Positions 45,873 to 54,168 of a stretch of DNA of 64,000 bases are shown here, piece by piece. Below the pieces are notes generated by a model. That model saw only the letters and a program-made list of their open reading frames with translations, was not told where the DNA came from and searched no databases. The DNA lies in assembly GCA_017407705.1 (NCBI GenBank), contig JAFQWA010000029.1:1628-65627 (forward strand), read 5' to 3'. The stretch comes from Clostridia bacterium (GTDB lineage Bacteria; Bacillota; Clostridia; Oscillospirales; Acutalibacteraceae). Both the position numbers and the translations under genes were made by a program. The first letter of the stretch is position 1, and every line of letters starts with the position of its first letter.

Positions 45873-48812
45873 TTACTCTTCTCTCAGCGGAAGGCCGAAT
45901 TCCTTACGCTTATTAGTGATCTCTGAATTGATGGTATTTGAGTAATCCAACAATGTATCTTTGGGGTCTTCAGCCTTATAAACAACTCGTCTGAAAGCGT
46001 TGTTGATATGACGTTGTAAGAAGTAGCCACCGGGAACCTCGGGGATAGAGTAAGATGTTTCGAGCTGTGCCTTCAAAGTAGCGATTTCATCTGCTGACCA
46101 GGGCAAACGCTCAAATGCTTCTGTATTTGCAGTTCCGTAACGTGCGGAGGGTCCGAGGATACACTCAAGCTCACTACCATACTGTGACTGTGTATCGGCT
46201 CTGGTCCACCACTCTAAGAACTTCCAAGACTGCTCAAGTTTCTTAGTGCTTGAAAGGATCAAAGCGCAGCTTGTAACCAATGTGTTAGAGCGGTCAATAG
46301 TTCCATCTTTCTGCACGGTTCCGGGGATAACTGTGAAATCCCACAGACCACGAATTTCAGGAGCTGCAACTGACAGTGCGTTATACATACCGTAGTTTCC
46401 GATACCGAGAGGCATCTCACCGGTTCTGAAACGGTTCTGGAAGTCATAATCAAGGAGCAAACCGTAGTTTACATAGAAGTTAGTCCAAGCCTTGAATGCA
46501 GTGGTTGCTGCGTCGGTATGAAGAGCTGTTGAGAAAGTATCCTCTTCATACATATTACCGCCGTTCTGACGAAGGAATGAGTAGAATGTCATAACACCTG
46601 CGCCAACGTCGTTTGTGGTAGGTACGGGCATACCGAATTCAAGGTTATTCTTATTAAGAATAGTAATGGCTGTAATGATCTCTTCCCAAGTCTGGGGAAC
46701 TTTTTCGATACCCACCTCAGAAAGAACGTCTTTACGGTAGAACATTACGTTAAAGGACTGGGTTTCGGGAAGAGCGTAAACACCTGTGTGTTTACCGTCA
46801 TTAAAGTAGTAAGGAATCATTGCTTCATTGGAGAAGCGCTTTGCAACAGTTGAGAATTTCTGACTGTCGTCCCACTTGTCCTCAAACTGAGTCAAGTCCA
46901 CAACAGCATTTCTCATAGCAAAGTTAACGGCCTCGTTCTGTCCCTGACCTAACGCTACGTCAGGACCGATACCTGCAACAATCGCTGACAGCAACGCACC
47001 CATATTAACAAGCTCAAGGTTGATTTCCTGACCTGTGGTCTTGGTGAGTGAGTCGTTGATCATAGCACGCAGTGTCTGGAACTGGTCACGACCGGTAGAA
47101 ATCCAAACTGTGATGGTTTCTTCTTTATTAGTATTTTTTGTAAGGTTACCGATAGAGTTATAGTCGATAACAAAGGATGCGATAAACTGGTTTACCTGAT
47201 ATGCCAAATCTACAAAGAAATTAGCGGTAGGCTTCTTTATCTGGCCGTCAGGCTTTGAGAATGATATGTAGTCCAGCTCAAGGGGCACGTTACCTGCTGT
47301 ATTAAGCCAGGTTCCCAATGAACCGATGTTGGTTTTGAAGTAAGAGAGGTTCTTTGCAATGTCCTGAGGCTTCTCATACATTTTCTTCAGCTGACGTGAC
47401 ATTGTTTCCAATGTTGCCAAGTCCGAACCCTTTTTCTTGGTGTATGAAAGGATACCTGCAACGATGTCGTCCAGTCTTTTTGCCTGAACGTCAAACTGCT
47501 CGATAACATCAGGCATAAGTTGTTCCAATTTATAGTCACGGTATTTATCAGGCTCGGAACCGGTAACGATAAGTATCTTTCTGTACATCTCGTTAAGGGT
47601 GGTAAGGCAATCCTCAGCATCACGGAGGAAGGGGCCCATCTGACCCTGAGTGGTTTCCATTGTAATGGTGTTTTCACCGGCTTTAAGATAAATCAGGCAA
47701 TCCTTACCGTCAGCGGTGGTGGGATTTACGATAACCCAGTTGTTATCAAACTTAAAGGGAACAGCCTCTGCCTCTGCAAAGGGGATCTCACCGTTGATGT
47801 AAAGCTTTCTGGAGGAGATCATACCCTGATACAGGTTCTTACGGGCTTTAAAGTTGATCTTATAAAGACCTGCCTTCTCTACCTTTGCAGTCCAGGTGAT
47901 AGACTGCTGAGCATACTGCCATCTTGTACCGCCGATCTCGTTGATAAGCATTTTGTAAGCTTTATAAGGAACGGTAGCAGGAGTGGAAAGGTCAGCCATA
48001 GGATAAAGAGTCTGGTCGGATTTTACAGAAGGTCTTTCGGCCTGAATGAAGATTTCTTCACCGTCGTAGATAGGATAGTTGTTAGCTTTATACTCAGCCT
48101 CAACCTCAGCATAAGTAGGTATTGTAGTAGCGGGTACCAACTTAATGGACTTAATGGTCATAGGCTCTTTTACAGAGTGAAGCTTAATGGTATTCTGACC
48201 CTCTTTGAAGTAGAACTCCAAAGGAGTAGAAACGTAACCTAAATAATCATAGAAATAGGAGGATGTCCATGTATGAAGCTCCTGCTGAGTAGGACGGATA
48301 TCGTTTCCGTATGCGTCCTTAGCAAACTCTTCGTCTGAACCGATAACGTCAATCCATACACGGTTGAAGGTAAAGTTGTTTGCTGTTTTGAAGGGAACCT
48401 CACCGTTGATCTCTATTTTTCTTTCAATAGAGATATTTTTACCTTTCTCGTTATAGTACTCCAGGAAAAGGTTATACTTTCCTTCTTTAGCGTCAAAGGT
48501 AAATTCAACAGCGTCGGTATTGCTTGTATAGATAGCAGTACCGGTAGCTCCTTCATAATTTTCTCTGAGCTCAACACCCTCGGTTTTGGAAGTGATCTTG
48601 GAAGCATCGATCAAAACCTCGGTTGTTCCACGGGGAATATCCTTATATTTATCAAGGTAATCCTGATAACTGATATCCTCCTGGTAATCGCCGACATAGA
48701 TAGCTGTGTCTGAATTACCGGTGTCAGCAGCGGGGGTTTCTGCGGATGCTACTACTACCAGCATAGACATTAACATCAAGACGGTCAATAATGCTGATAT
48801 AATTCTCTTCAT
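45873..48812 (-). CDS. Very large (979 aa) extracellular solute-binding protein with two N-terminal CBM-like modules
   Basis: Signal peptide MKRIISALLTVLMLMSMLVVVASA without a lipobox Cys. Two related modules (GKYNLFLEYYNEKGKNISIERKIEINGEVPFKTANNFTFNRVW and GLYKINFKARKNLYQGMISSRKLYINGEIPFAEAEAVPFKFDNNW). The C-terminal roughly 430 aa are SBP family-1-like (ITVWISTGRDQ ... FYRKDVLSEVGIEKVPQTWEE). Confidence 0.8.
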   Translation of the reverse strand: MKRIISALLTVLMLMSMLVVVASAETPAADTGNSDTAIYVGDYQEDISYQDYLDKYKDIPRGTTEVLIDASKITSKTEGVELRENYEGATGTAIYTSNTDAVEFTFDAKEGKYNLFLEYYNEKGKNISIERKIEINGEVPFKTANNFTFNRVWIDVIGSDEEFAKDAYGNDIRPTQQELHTWTSSYFYDYLGYVSTPLEFYFKEGQNTIKLHSVKEPMTIKSIKLVPATTIPTYAEVEAEYKANNYPIYDGEEIFIQAERPSVKSDQTLYPMADLSTPATVPYKAYKMLINEIGGTRWQYAQQSITWTAKVEKAGLYKINFKARKNLYQGMISSRKLYINGEIPFAEAEAVPFKFDNNWVIVNPTTADGKDCLIYLKAGENTITMETTQGQMGPFLRDAEDCLTTLNEMYRKILIVTGSEPDKYRDYKLEQLMPDVIEQFDVQAKRLDDIVAGILSYTKKKGSDLATLETMSRQLKKMYEKPQDIAKNLSYFKTNIGSLGTWLNTAGNVPLELDYISFSKPDGQIKKPTANFFVDLAYQVNQFIASFVIDYNSIGNLTKNTNKEETITVWISTGRDQFQTLRAMINDSLTKTTGQEINLELVNMGALLSAIVAGIGPDVALGQGQNEAVNFAMRNAVVDLTQFEDKWDDSQKFSTVAKRFSNEAMIPYYFNDGKHTGVYALPETQSFNVMFYRKDVLSEVGIEKVPQTWEEIITAITILNKNNLEFGMPVPTTNDVGAGVMTFYSFLRQNGGNMYEEDTFSTALHTDAATTAFKAWTNFYVNYGLLLDYDFQNRFRTGEMPLGIGNYGMYNALSVAAPEIRGLWDFTVIPGTVQKDGTIDRSNTLVTSCALILSSTKKLEQSWKFLEWWTRADTQSQYGSELECILGPSARYGTANTEAFERLPWSADEIATLKAQLETSYSIPEVPGGYFLQRHINNAFRRVVYKAEDPKDTLLDYSNTINSEITNKRKEFGLPLREE

Positions 48813-49003
48813 TGCCTCATTCTCCTACCGTTAAAAATTTAAACAATTCTTATACAAAAATTTTCACGTTAAAGTTTACTTTAAAATAAAAATTTTTATG
48901 TACAAGGCGTGGTTTTTTATGCCACTCTCACATAAACTTGTACAGTTTTTTGTGAACAATGCACAAAATTATCGGATAATACTCCTATTGTGCACCTCAT
49001 ATT

Positions 49004-49032
49004 AGCATAGATAATATCGTTTTTCTTGTCAA
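49004..49032 (-). promoter_or_regulatory. Candidate promoter of the 17-kb transport locus
   Basis: On the minus strand: TTGACA (49032-49027), a 17-nt spacer, then TATGCT (49009-49004). This implies a leader of roughly 185 nt. Confidence 0.35.
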
Positions 49033-49232
49033 ATAGTGACTATTTTTGTGCGTATTACCAAAAACCAAGCGGCAGTTTTTGGATATTTTAAACTTATGCG
49101 GCTATAAACATTATCTAAATAAACAGGCTGTTTTTTGGGCACTTTTACTTGCGGTAATAATCAATTTTTCGACTAAAACGGCATATTTATGGGTAAATTT
49201 GCAAAGTCACCACTGTATTTTGATATTAAAAC

Positions 49233-49262
49233 AAAAAAATCCTTGTGCGTTTTGCACAAGGA
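49233..49262 (-). terminator. Rho-independent terminator of the 49272..50018 gene
   Basis: TCCTTGTGC / GCACAAGGA stem, followed on the minus strand by TTTTTTT. Confidence 0.85.
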
Positions 49263-49271
49263 CCTTTTATT

Positions 49272-50018
49272 TTACAGATATTTCTTTGCGTTTTTAGGCT
49301 TTTTCAGCAAATTCAGCATATTAACGCAATCCTTTTTAAGGTAAGTATATTTGTCCATATACTCAAAGGCTGCTTTCTCAAGAGTGGGGTACTTAATAAG
49401 TGTTCCCGCTACTATTGTGTAAACTATTGTGGTAGTTACCGCATTGTCACCGTTGGTATAGCAAGATGACAGCCACTCCATATACTTATTGATGTTTTTC
49501 TTTACTCCGCCGGTCAGCACTTCGCTGAAGGTAGCCACACCGTGGGTTTTAAAGAACTCGTCATATAAAAACTCATTATATAATGTAACGTTCTGCTTGT
49601 AAGCATCCTTTAAGGTGGGGTATATTGCTAAAAATCTTGCGGTAAAGCTTTCGATATCCACAGTATCTGCTTTTAAATGTTTACTGGGCAGATCCACCTG
49701 AGTTCTGGTCTGGGTAAGCTTAACGCCCATAAAATCATTGATGCTGTCGATAAAATCATTGGCAATACTGCTCTTATCACGATCGGGAGTTTTCTCATCC
49801 ATAGCCCAGGATGACATAACCTTCCACTCAACGCCCTGACCTTCTTGAAGTGTAGCACTCTTCAAGCACAGCAGACCTTTAGCATCATACTCGATCATAA
49901 CAGCCTTTTCGCCGTTGGAATAATACTCTAAACTCTCATCACTTGATAACTTAAAGCCTTTTTCAAAAAGCAGCTTTTCCACTGCCTCGGTTATTATTAA
50001 ATAATTAGATTTATCCAT
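49272..50018 (-). CDS. Hypothetical cytoplasmic protein (248 aa)
   Basis: Long ORF with AGGAG 8 nt upstream and its own terminator. No family recognised. Confidence 0.6.
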   Translation of the reverse strand: MDKSNYLIITEAVEKLLFEKGFKLSSDESLEYYSNGEKAVMIEYDAKGLLCLKSATLQEGQGVEWKVMSSWAMDEKTPDRDKSSIANDFIDSINDFMGVKLTQTRTQVDLPSKHLKADTVDIESFTARFLAIYPTLKDAYKQNVTLYNEFLYDEFFKTHGVATFSEVLTGGVKKNINKYMEWLSSCYTNGDNAVTTTIVYTIVAGTLIKYPTLEKAAFEYMDKYTYLKKDCVNMLNLLKKPKNAKKYL

Positions 50019-50118
50019 TTTGATAGCTCCTAAAGTAATTTTAAACCTATTATAGCAAACAATTCCGTATTTGTCACTAACTTTTATTGTAAACAGTTTG
50101 TAAAATTCAAAATAAAGG

Positions 50119-50148
50119 TTGAAATTTGTCTGCTTATACCTTTATAAT
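50119..50148 (+). promoter_or_regulatory. SigA-type promoter of the lipoprotein-rpe unit
   Basis: TTGAAA (50119-50124), an 18-nt spacer, then TATAAT (50143-50148). Confidence 0.55.
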
Positions 50149-50177
50149 ATATATAACATAAATTTTAGGAGAACGCT

Positions 50178-50936
50178 ATGAAAAAAACAGTTTATAAAAT
50201 AATTGCAGCAGTATTAGCTGCCGTTATGGTAATTTCAATGAGCAGCTGTAACAACGTTGCTACAAAACAGTTCAACTGTGACCTTTTGTGGGAAAAGGGT
50301 AAAATAAGTGCCCGTCCTACCAACGCTTATTATGACGAAGAAGGACAGTTTATTGTAGTTGTGGGCGTTACCAACAGCACTAACCACGCTAAGGTGGTAC
50401 ATACATTAGAGGTAGTATCCATTAAAGACATAAAGGGTCGTGACATTATTGAGGGCTCTGAGTTCGTGCTTGATGAACCCGTTGTTTTGGAGCAAGGCAA
50501 GGCTACCTATATTCAGTGTGATTTTGAAAAGGAAAAGGTTTTGTTCTCCAGTGACTTAAAACAGCTTTCCTCTGAGATCACCGTTAAGTTCTACGGTTGC
50601 GTGAAAAACGGTCCTCAGCCTGCTGAGTCGGACACTGAAGGCTACACTATGACTATTCCTGAGGCAGTTTTCTCTGACTCAGGTGCTATTGAGGGTAAAA
50701 TTGCTATCAGAAACAACTATAAAACCGATAAAACTCCCTCAAACATCTCCTTCTCTATTAAAACCAATTCAGGTGAGGTCATCACTAAGGAAAACGTTCA
50801 GATCAGCAACTCGGTAACCATCAAAGCAGGCGGTACTCTTACCATTGCCTTCACCTTGGTTCCCAATAACATTAAGGATTCTTTTGCCGAGAGCCGTGCG
50901 TTTGATACCTTAACACCCGTTTTCACTATTGAATAA
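50178..50936 (+). CDS. Lipoprotein with two tandem beta-rich modules of about 100 aa (possibly SLAP-domain-like)
   Basis: Lipobox ISMSSCN and an internal two-module organisation. RBS AGGAG. The family call is tentative. Confidence 0.6.
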   Translation: MKKTVYKIIAAVLAAVMVISMSSCNNVATKQFNCDLLWEKGKISARPTNAYYDEEGQFIVVVGVTNSTNHAKVVHTLEVVSIKDIKGRDIIEGSEFVLDEPVVLEQGKATYIQCDFEKEKVLFSSDLKQLSSEITVKFYGCVKNGPQPAESDTEGYTMTIPEAVFSDSGAIEGKIAIRNNYKTDKTPSNISFSIKTNSGEVITKENVQISNSVTIKAGGTLTIAFTLVPNNIKDSFAESRAFDTLTPVFTIE

Positions 50937-50949
50937 GGAGTTGCTTCAA

Positions 50950-51606
50950 ATGGTAAAGTTTTCACCCTCTATCCTCACAGCAGACTTTGTTAAACTTGGT
51001 GCTGCTATCACCGAGCTGGATAACGCCGGTACAGATATGCTGCATCTCGACGTTATGGACGGTATTTTCGTTCCCAACATTTCTTTTGGTATGCCGGTGG
51101 TGCAGTCCATCAGAAAAGCCACCAACACCATACTTGACGTGCATCTTATGATAGACCGTCCTCACAGATACATCGAGCATTTTGCTAAAGCAGGTGCAGA
51201 TATTATCGGATTTCACATCGAAGCAGGGTCCGACGTTGCCGAAACCTTAAAGGCTATTCGTGAGCTGGGTAAAAAGTCCTGCCTTACCATTAAACCTGCA
51301 ACTCCCGCAGAGAGTGTTTTCCCCTATATGGAGCTGTGCGATATGATCTTGGTTATGTCGGTAGAACCGGGATTTGGCGGTCAGAGCTTTATGCCTGAGT
51401 CGCTGGCGAAAATAACCGCTATTCGCAACAAGGCAAATGAAATGGGACTGGATATTGACATCGAGGTTGACGGCGGCATCAATATGGACACAGCACCCTT
51501 AGCAGTTAAAGCCGGTGCAAACGTATTGGTTACGGGAAACGTACTGTTTTCCGCCGATAATATGACCAAGCGTTTAGCCGAGCTCAGAGAAGTCGTTGCA
51601 AAATAA
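50950..51606 (+). CDS. rpe: Ribulose-phosphate 3-epimerase
   Basis: SPSILTADF ... LHLDVMDGIFVPNISFG ... VEPGFGGQSF ... EVDGGIN. ATG 50950 has AAGGAG 9 nt upstream; the track start 50929 is a TTG overlapping the previous gene. Confidence 0.93.
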   Translation: MVKFSPSILTADFVKLGAAITELDNAGTDMLHLDVMDGIFVPNISFGMPVVQSIRKATNTILDVHLMIDRPHRYIEHFAKAGADIIGFHIEAGSDVAETLKAIRELGKKSCLTIKPATPAESVFPYMELCDMILVMSVEPGFGGQSFMPESLAKITAIRNKANEMGLDIDIEVDGGINMDTAPLAVKAGANVLVTGNVLFSADNMTKRLAELREVVAK

Positions 51607-51616
51607 AATGTAGAGT

Positions 51617-51668
51617 AACCGCAGGTGTCCCCTGCGGTTATTTTTATGCCCTGCCTACTACTTGAAAA
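51617..51668 (+). repeat. Direct repeat copy 1 (includes the rpe terminator hairpin AACCGCAGG / CCTGCGGTT plus T-tract)
   Basis: The 40-nt block CCCCTGCGGTTATTTTTATGCCCTGCCTACTACTTGAAAA is identical to 52148..52187. The left stem arm AACCGCAGG is also shared; only the loop differs. Confidence 0.85.
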
Positions 51669-51724
51669 TATATTATCTATATGATATATTAATTACATAA
51701 CATACATATTTAGGGGGAATTTTT

Positions 51725-52129
51725 GTGTTTAGTAACATTGGCGGCAAAATCAAAATATTAGCTGTAGTGATTTGTGTATTAGGAATGTTTTTTGCCCTTT
51801 TGTCTGCTATAGGTTCTGCAACCGTTTTTTCTCAAAATGAAAATCCTCTTATAATTATATTTACGCTGATAATTGGCTTTCTCATTTCCTGGGCTGGTTC
51901 GTTTGTGCTTTATGGTTTTGGCGAACTGATAGATAGAGTTAGCTCTATTGATGAGAAAATCTCTTCATCTTCAACCTATGACGCAAATGAATGTTTGTCC
52001 GACAATCACGAATATAGACCAATCGTAGAAAACAGATATGTAATATGCCCAACTTGTGGAGAACGTGTTTATTTTGGCGAAACACAATGCAAAAATTGTC
52101 CTCAAACATTTAATTGGGAGAATCTATAA
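51725..52129 (+). CDS. Small membrane protein with a C-terminal zinc-ribbon (CPTC ... CKNC)
   Basis: Two TM segments followed by YVICPTCGERVYFGETQCKNCPQ. GTG start with AGGGGGA 6 nt upstream. Confidence 0.6.
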   Translation: MFSNIGGKIKILAVVICVLGMFFALLSAIGSATVFSQNENPLIIIFTLIIGFLISWAGSFVLYGFGELIDRVSSIDEKISSSSTYDANECLSDNHEYRPIVENRYVICPTCGERVYFGETQCKNCPQTFNWENL

Positions 52130-52133
52130 TCTC

Positions 52134-52187
52134 AACCGCAGGGCACCCCCCTGCGGTTATTTTTATGCCCTGCCTACTACTTGAAAA
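52134..52187 (+). repeat. Direct repeat copy 2 (terminator hairpin AACCGCAGGG / CCCTGCGGTT plus T-tract)
   Basis: See copy 1. It lies immediately after the stop of 51725..52129. Confidence 0.85.
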
Positions 52188-52267
52188 ATGGATTTTTGAG
52201 TAGTATAATAAAAATGTAATGTAACGGCGTTACGTTGCAGCAATTAAAATTATGGGAGATGTAAACA

Positions 52268-53368
52268 ATGAAAAGAATTTTTGCCCTGATATTAGCACTG
52301 GTCCTTGTTTTTGCTTTGGCTTCCTGCGGCAATAACGGTGACGCTCCGTCGGATAACGGCACCACCACCGCCGCTACCACCACTGCAGCTACTACCACTG
52401 CGTCAAGCTTTGTGAAACCCGCAAACTACGCATCAGTGCTGATTGTGACTATCAATCCGCAGTTTAAGTTGTATCTTGACGAAAGCGGCAAGGTTTTGGC
52501 AGTTGAGGCGGTTAATAAGGATGCGCAGTCCTTTGCAGACAGCATCAGCTTTAAGGATGAAAAATTCGAGACCGTTGTTAAAAAGATAGTGACTACTGCC
52601 AACGAAAAAGGCTTTGTAAAGAAGAATGCTACCGTAAGCTTTGAGATTGCAGAAGCCAAGAGCCCCACTGTGAATGCAGCCGATATTTTAAACAAGGCTG
52701 AGTCCACAGCAAAGGATACCGCCACTCAGCTGAGCATTGAAATCGCAGTTGCTACTCAAAAGCCTACCGACGCAGCTACCACCACTGCCGCCACTACTCT
52801 GGCAACCACCACTGCTCACAAGCACAGCTTTGCTGCCGCTAACTGCACTACACCTAAAAAGTGTTCCTGCGGTGCAACCGAAGGCTCTGCTTTAGGTCAT
52901 AATTACAAAGACGGCGCTTGTACCCGTTGTAAAGCCGCCGACCCCAACGCAAAATACACACCCGTTGCCCAAAAGGTTGGCAGATGGCTGTTTGTGTATT
53001 TATCGGACAAAACCTTGTATGATGTTTCCCTTAAGTTGAACGACGGCGCTCCCGAGCCCCGTTTAAGCTACGGTATAGGCGACCATATCAGTACTTTACC
53101 CGAAGAGATGCGTGAGGAGGCTAAGCCCGATTGCACTAAGTTTAACGGCGAATATTATTACATAGGCAGAGGCAGTGCCGACGAGCTTGGCTCTGTTAAG
53201 GAAAATGGAAACACCGTAACTGTTACTGATTCATCAGGTAACAAGTTAGTGCTTACCCGAACAAGCGAAACCACTTTAAAAGTAACCTCATCCCCTGCAA
53301 GCTTCTCGGATGTTGAAAAAATTCCCGTTGGAACAATCCTCACATTCACCGAGGCTCAGGAAGATTAA
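52268..53368 (+). CDS. Hypothetical lipoprotein with Thr/Ala-rich linkers and a central Cys motif
   Basis: Lipobox FALASCG, (TTAATTTA)n linkers and HKHSFAAANCTTPKKCSCGATEGSALGHNYKDGACTRCK. Confidence 0.65.
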   Translation: MKRIFALILALVLVFALASCGNNGDAPSDNGTTTAATTTAATTTASSFVKPANYASVLIVTINPQFKLYLDESGKVLAVEAVNKDAQSFADSISFKDEKFETVVKKIVTTANEKGFVKKNATVSFEIAEAKSPTVNAADILNKAESTAKDTATQLSIEIAVATQKPTDAATTTAATTLATTTAHKHSFAAANCTTPKKCSCGATEGSALGHNYKDGACTRCKAADPNAKYTPVAQKVGRWLFVYLSDKTLYDVSLKLNDGAPEPRLSYGIGDHISTLPEEMREEAKPDCTKFNGEYYYIGRGSADELGSVKENGNTVTVTDSSGNKLVLTRTSETTLKVTSSPASFSDVEKIPVGTILTFTEAQED

Positions 53369-53436
53369 AAGTTATTATAAAAAGGCAGTGATTAGGGGCC
53401 GTACTCTAAAGAATAGTTTTCTGTGAAACAAATTAT

Positions 53437-53471
53437 AACCGTGGCTTTTTTGGAAGCCACGGTTATTTTTT
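53437..53471 (+). terminator. Rho-independent terminator
   Basis: AACCGTGGCTT / AAGCCACGGTT stem followed by ATTTTTT. Confidence 0.85.
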
Positions 53472-53558
53472 AAAATATTCTATTTGATAATTGATTAAAT
53501 TGTGATACAATATAACTAACCGATAAAAAATATGTTGACGAATGGAGGAGAGAGGGCT

Positions 53559-54002
53559 GTGAAATTGAGAATATTAGATTTTTTGGTTGATATAGAAGAA
53601 GTGAATGGCGTTGCCTTATCGGCAAAGCTTCAATGTTCTTGTGGAGCAACTAAATTTGATTTTTTACACACTGGCAAGCAAACCAAAGGTATTTTAGCCC
53701 CATTCATTGTCAGGCAAAAGCAGCAGTTGCTTTTAAAGGCTGTATGTCCAATTTGTAAAAACGAAATCATCATATATGATTCCACACAAGATGGTGCTTC
53801 TGCTCATAAAAAGAGTTCCGTTTGCGAATTCAAGGCGCTTGCTATAAATACCCTATCAAATCCGTTCGCTGTTGCAATTAAATACAACTACTTTCCGGAA
53901 AAATTCAAAATCGGAGGAGAATACTCTAATCAATTTGAAAATTGTTTCATTTATATCTTAGACAATAACGATAAAGAAGGAAAGGCTTTATTAGAGGAAT
54001 AA
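53559..54002 (+). CDS. Hypothetical protein with CxC ... CxxC motif
   Basis: GTG 53559 has GGAGGAG 8 nt upstream. The alternative ATG 53532 lacks an RBS. Motifs LQCSCG ... CPICKNE. Confidence 0.5.
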   Translation: MKLRILDFLVDIEEVNGVALSAKLQCSCGATKFDFLHTGKQTKGILAPFIVRQKQQLLLKAVCPICKNEIIIYDSTQDGASAHKKSSVCEFKALAINTLSNPFAVAIKYNYFPEKFKIGGEYSNQFENCFIYILDNNDKEGKALLEE

Positions 54003-54111
54003 ATTCTTTTTACAAAATTTATAAAGTTATTCGCAAAGGGTTTTAGGTTCTCCTAACAAGCGGAAAATGTGATGTACATTTTCCCTGCTTGTTGCGGTAT
54101 AAGACAAAATT

Positions 54112-54146
54112 AAAAGCTGTGTAGAAAATTTCTACACAGCTTTTTT
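54112..54146. terminator. Rho-independent terminator between convergent genes
   Basis: AGCTGTGTAGAAA / TTTCTACACAGCT stem followed by TTTTTT on the + strand. Confidence 0.85.
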
Positions 54147-54168
54147 ACTGTCCTTTAAAGTACAACGC

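Noticed and set aside
47520-48242. 240-aa + strand ORF inside the large binding-protein gene
   Set aside because: It is antisense to a 979-aa ORF with a signal peptide and SBP core, and has no independent support.
49046-49469. + strand ORFs 49046..49297 and 49245..49469
   Set aside because: The first lies in the locus leader and crosses a terminator. The second is antisense to the 248-aa gene. Neither has an RBS.
52177-52398. Minus-strand ORF encoding VVAAVVVAAVVV
   Set aside because: It is the antisense reading of the Thr/Ala-rich linker of the lipoprotein gene 52268..53368.
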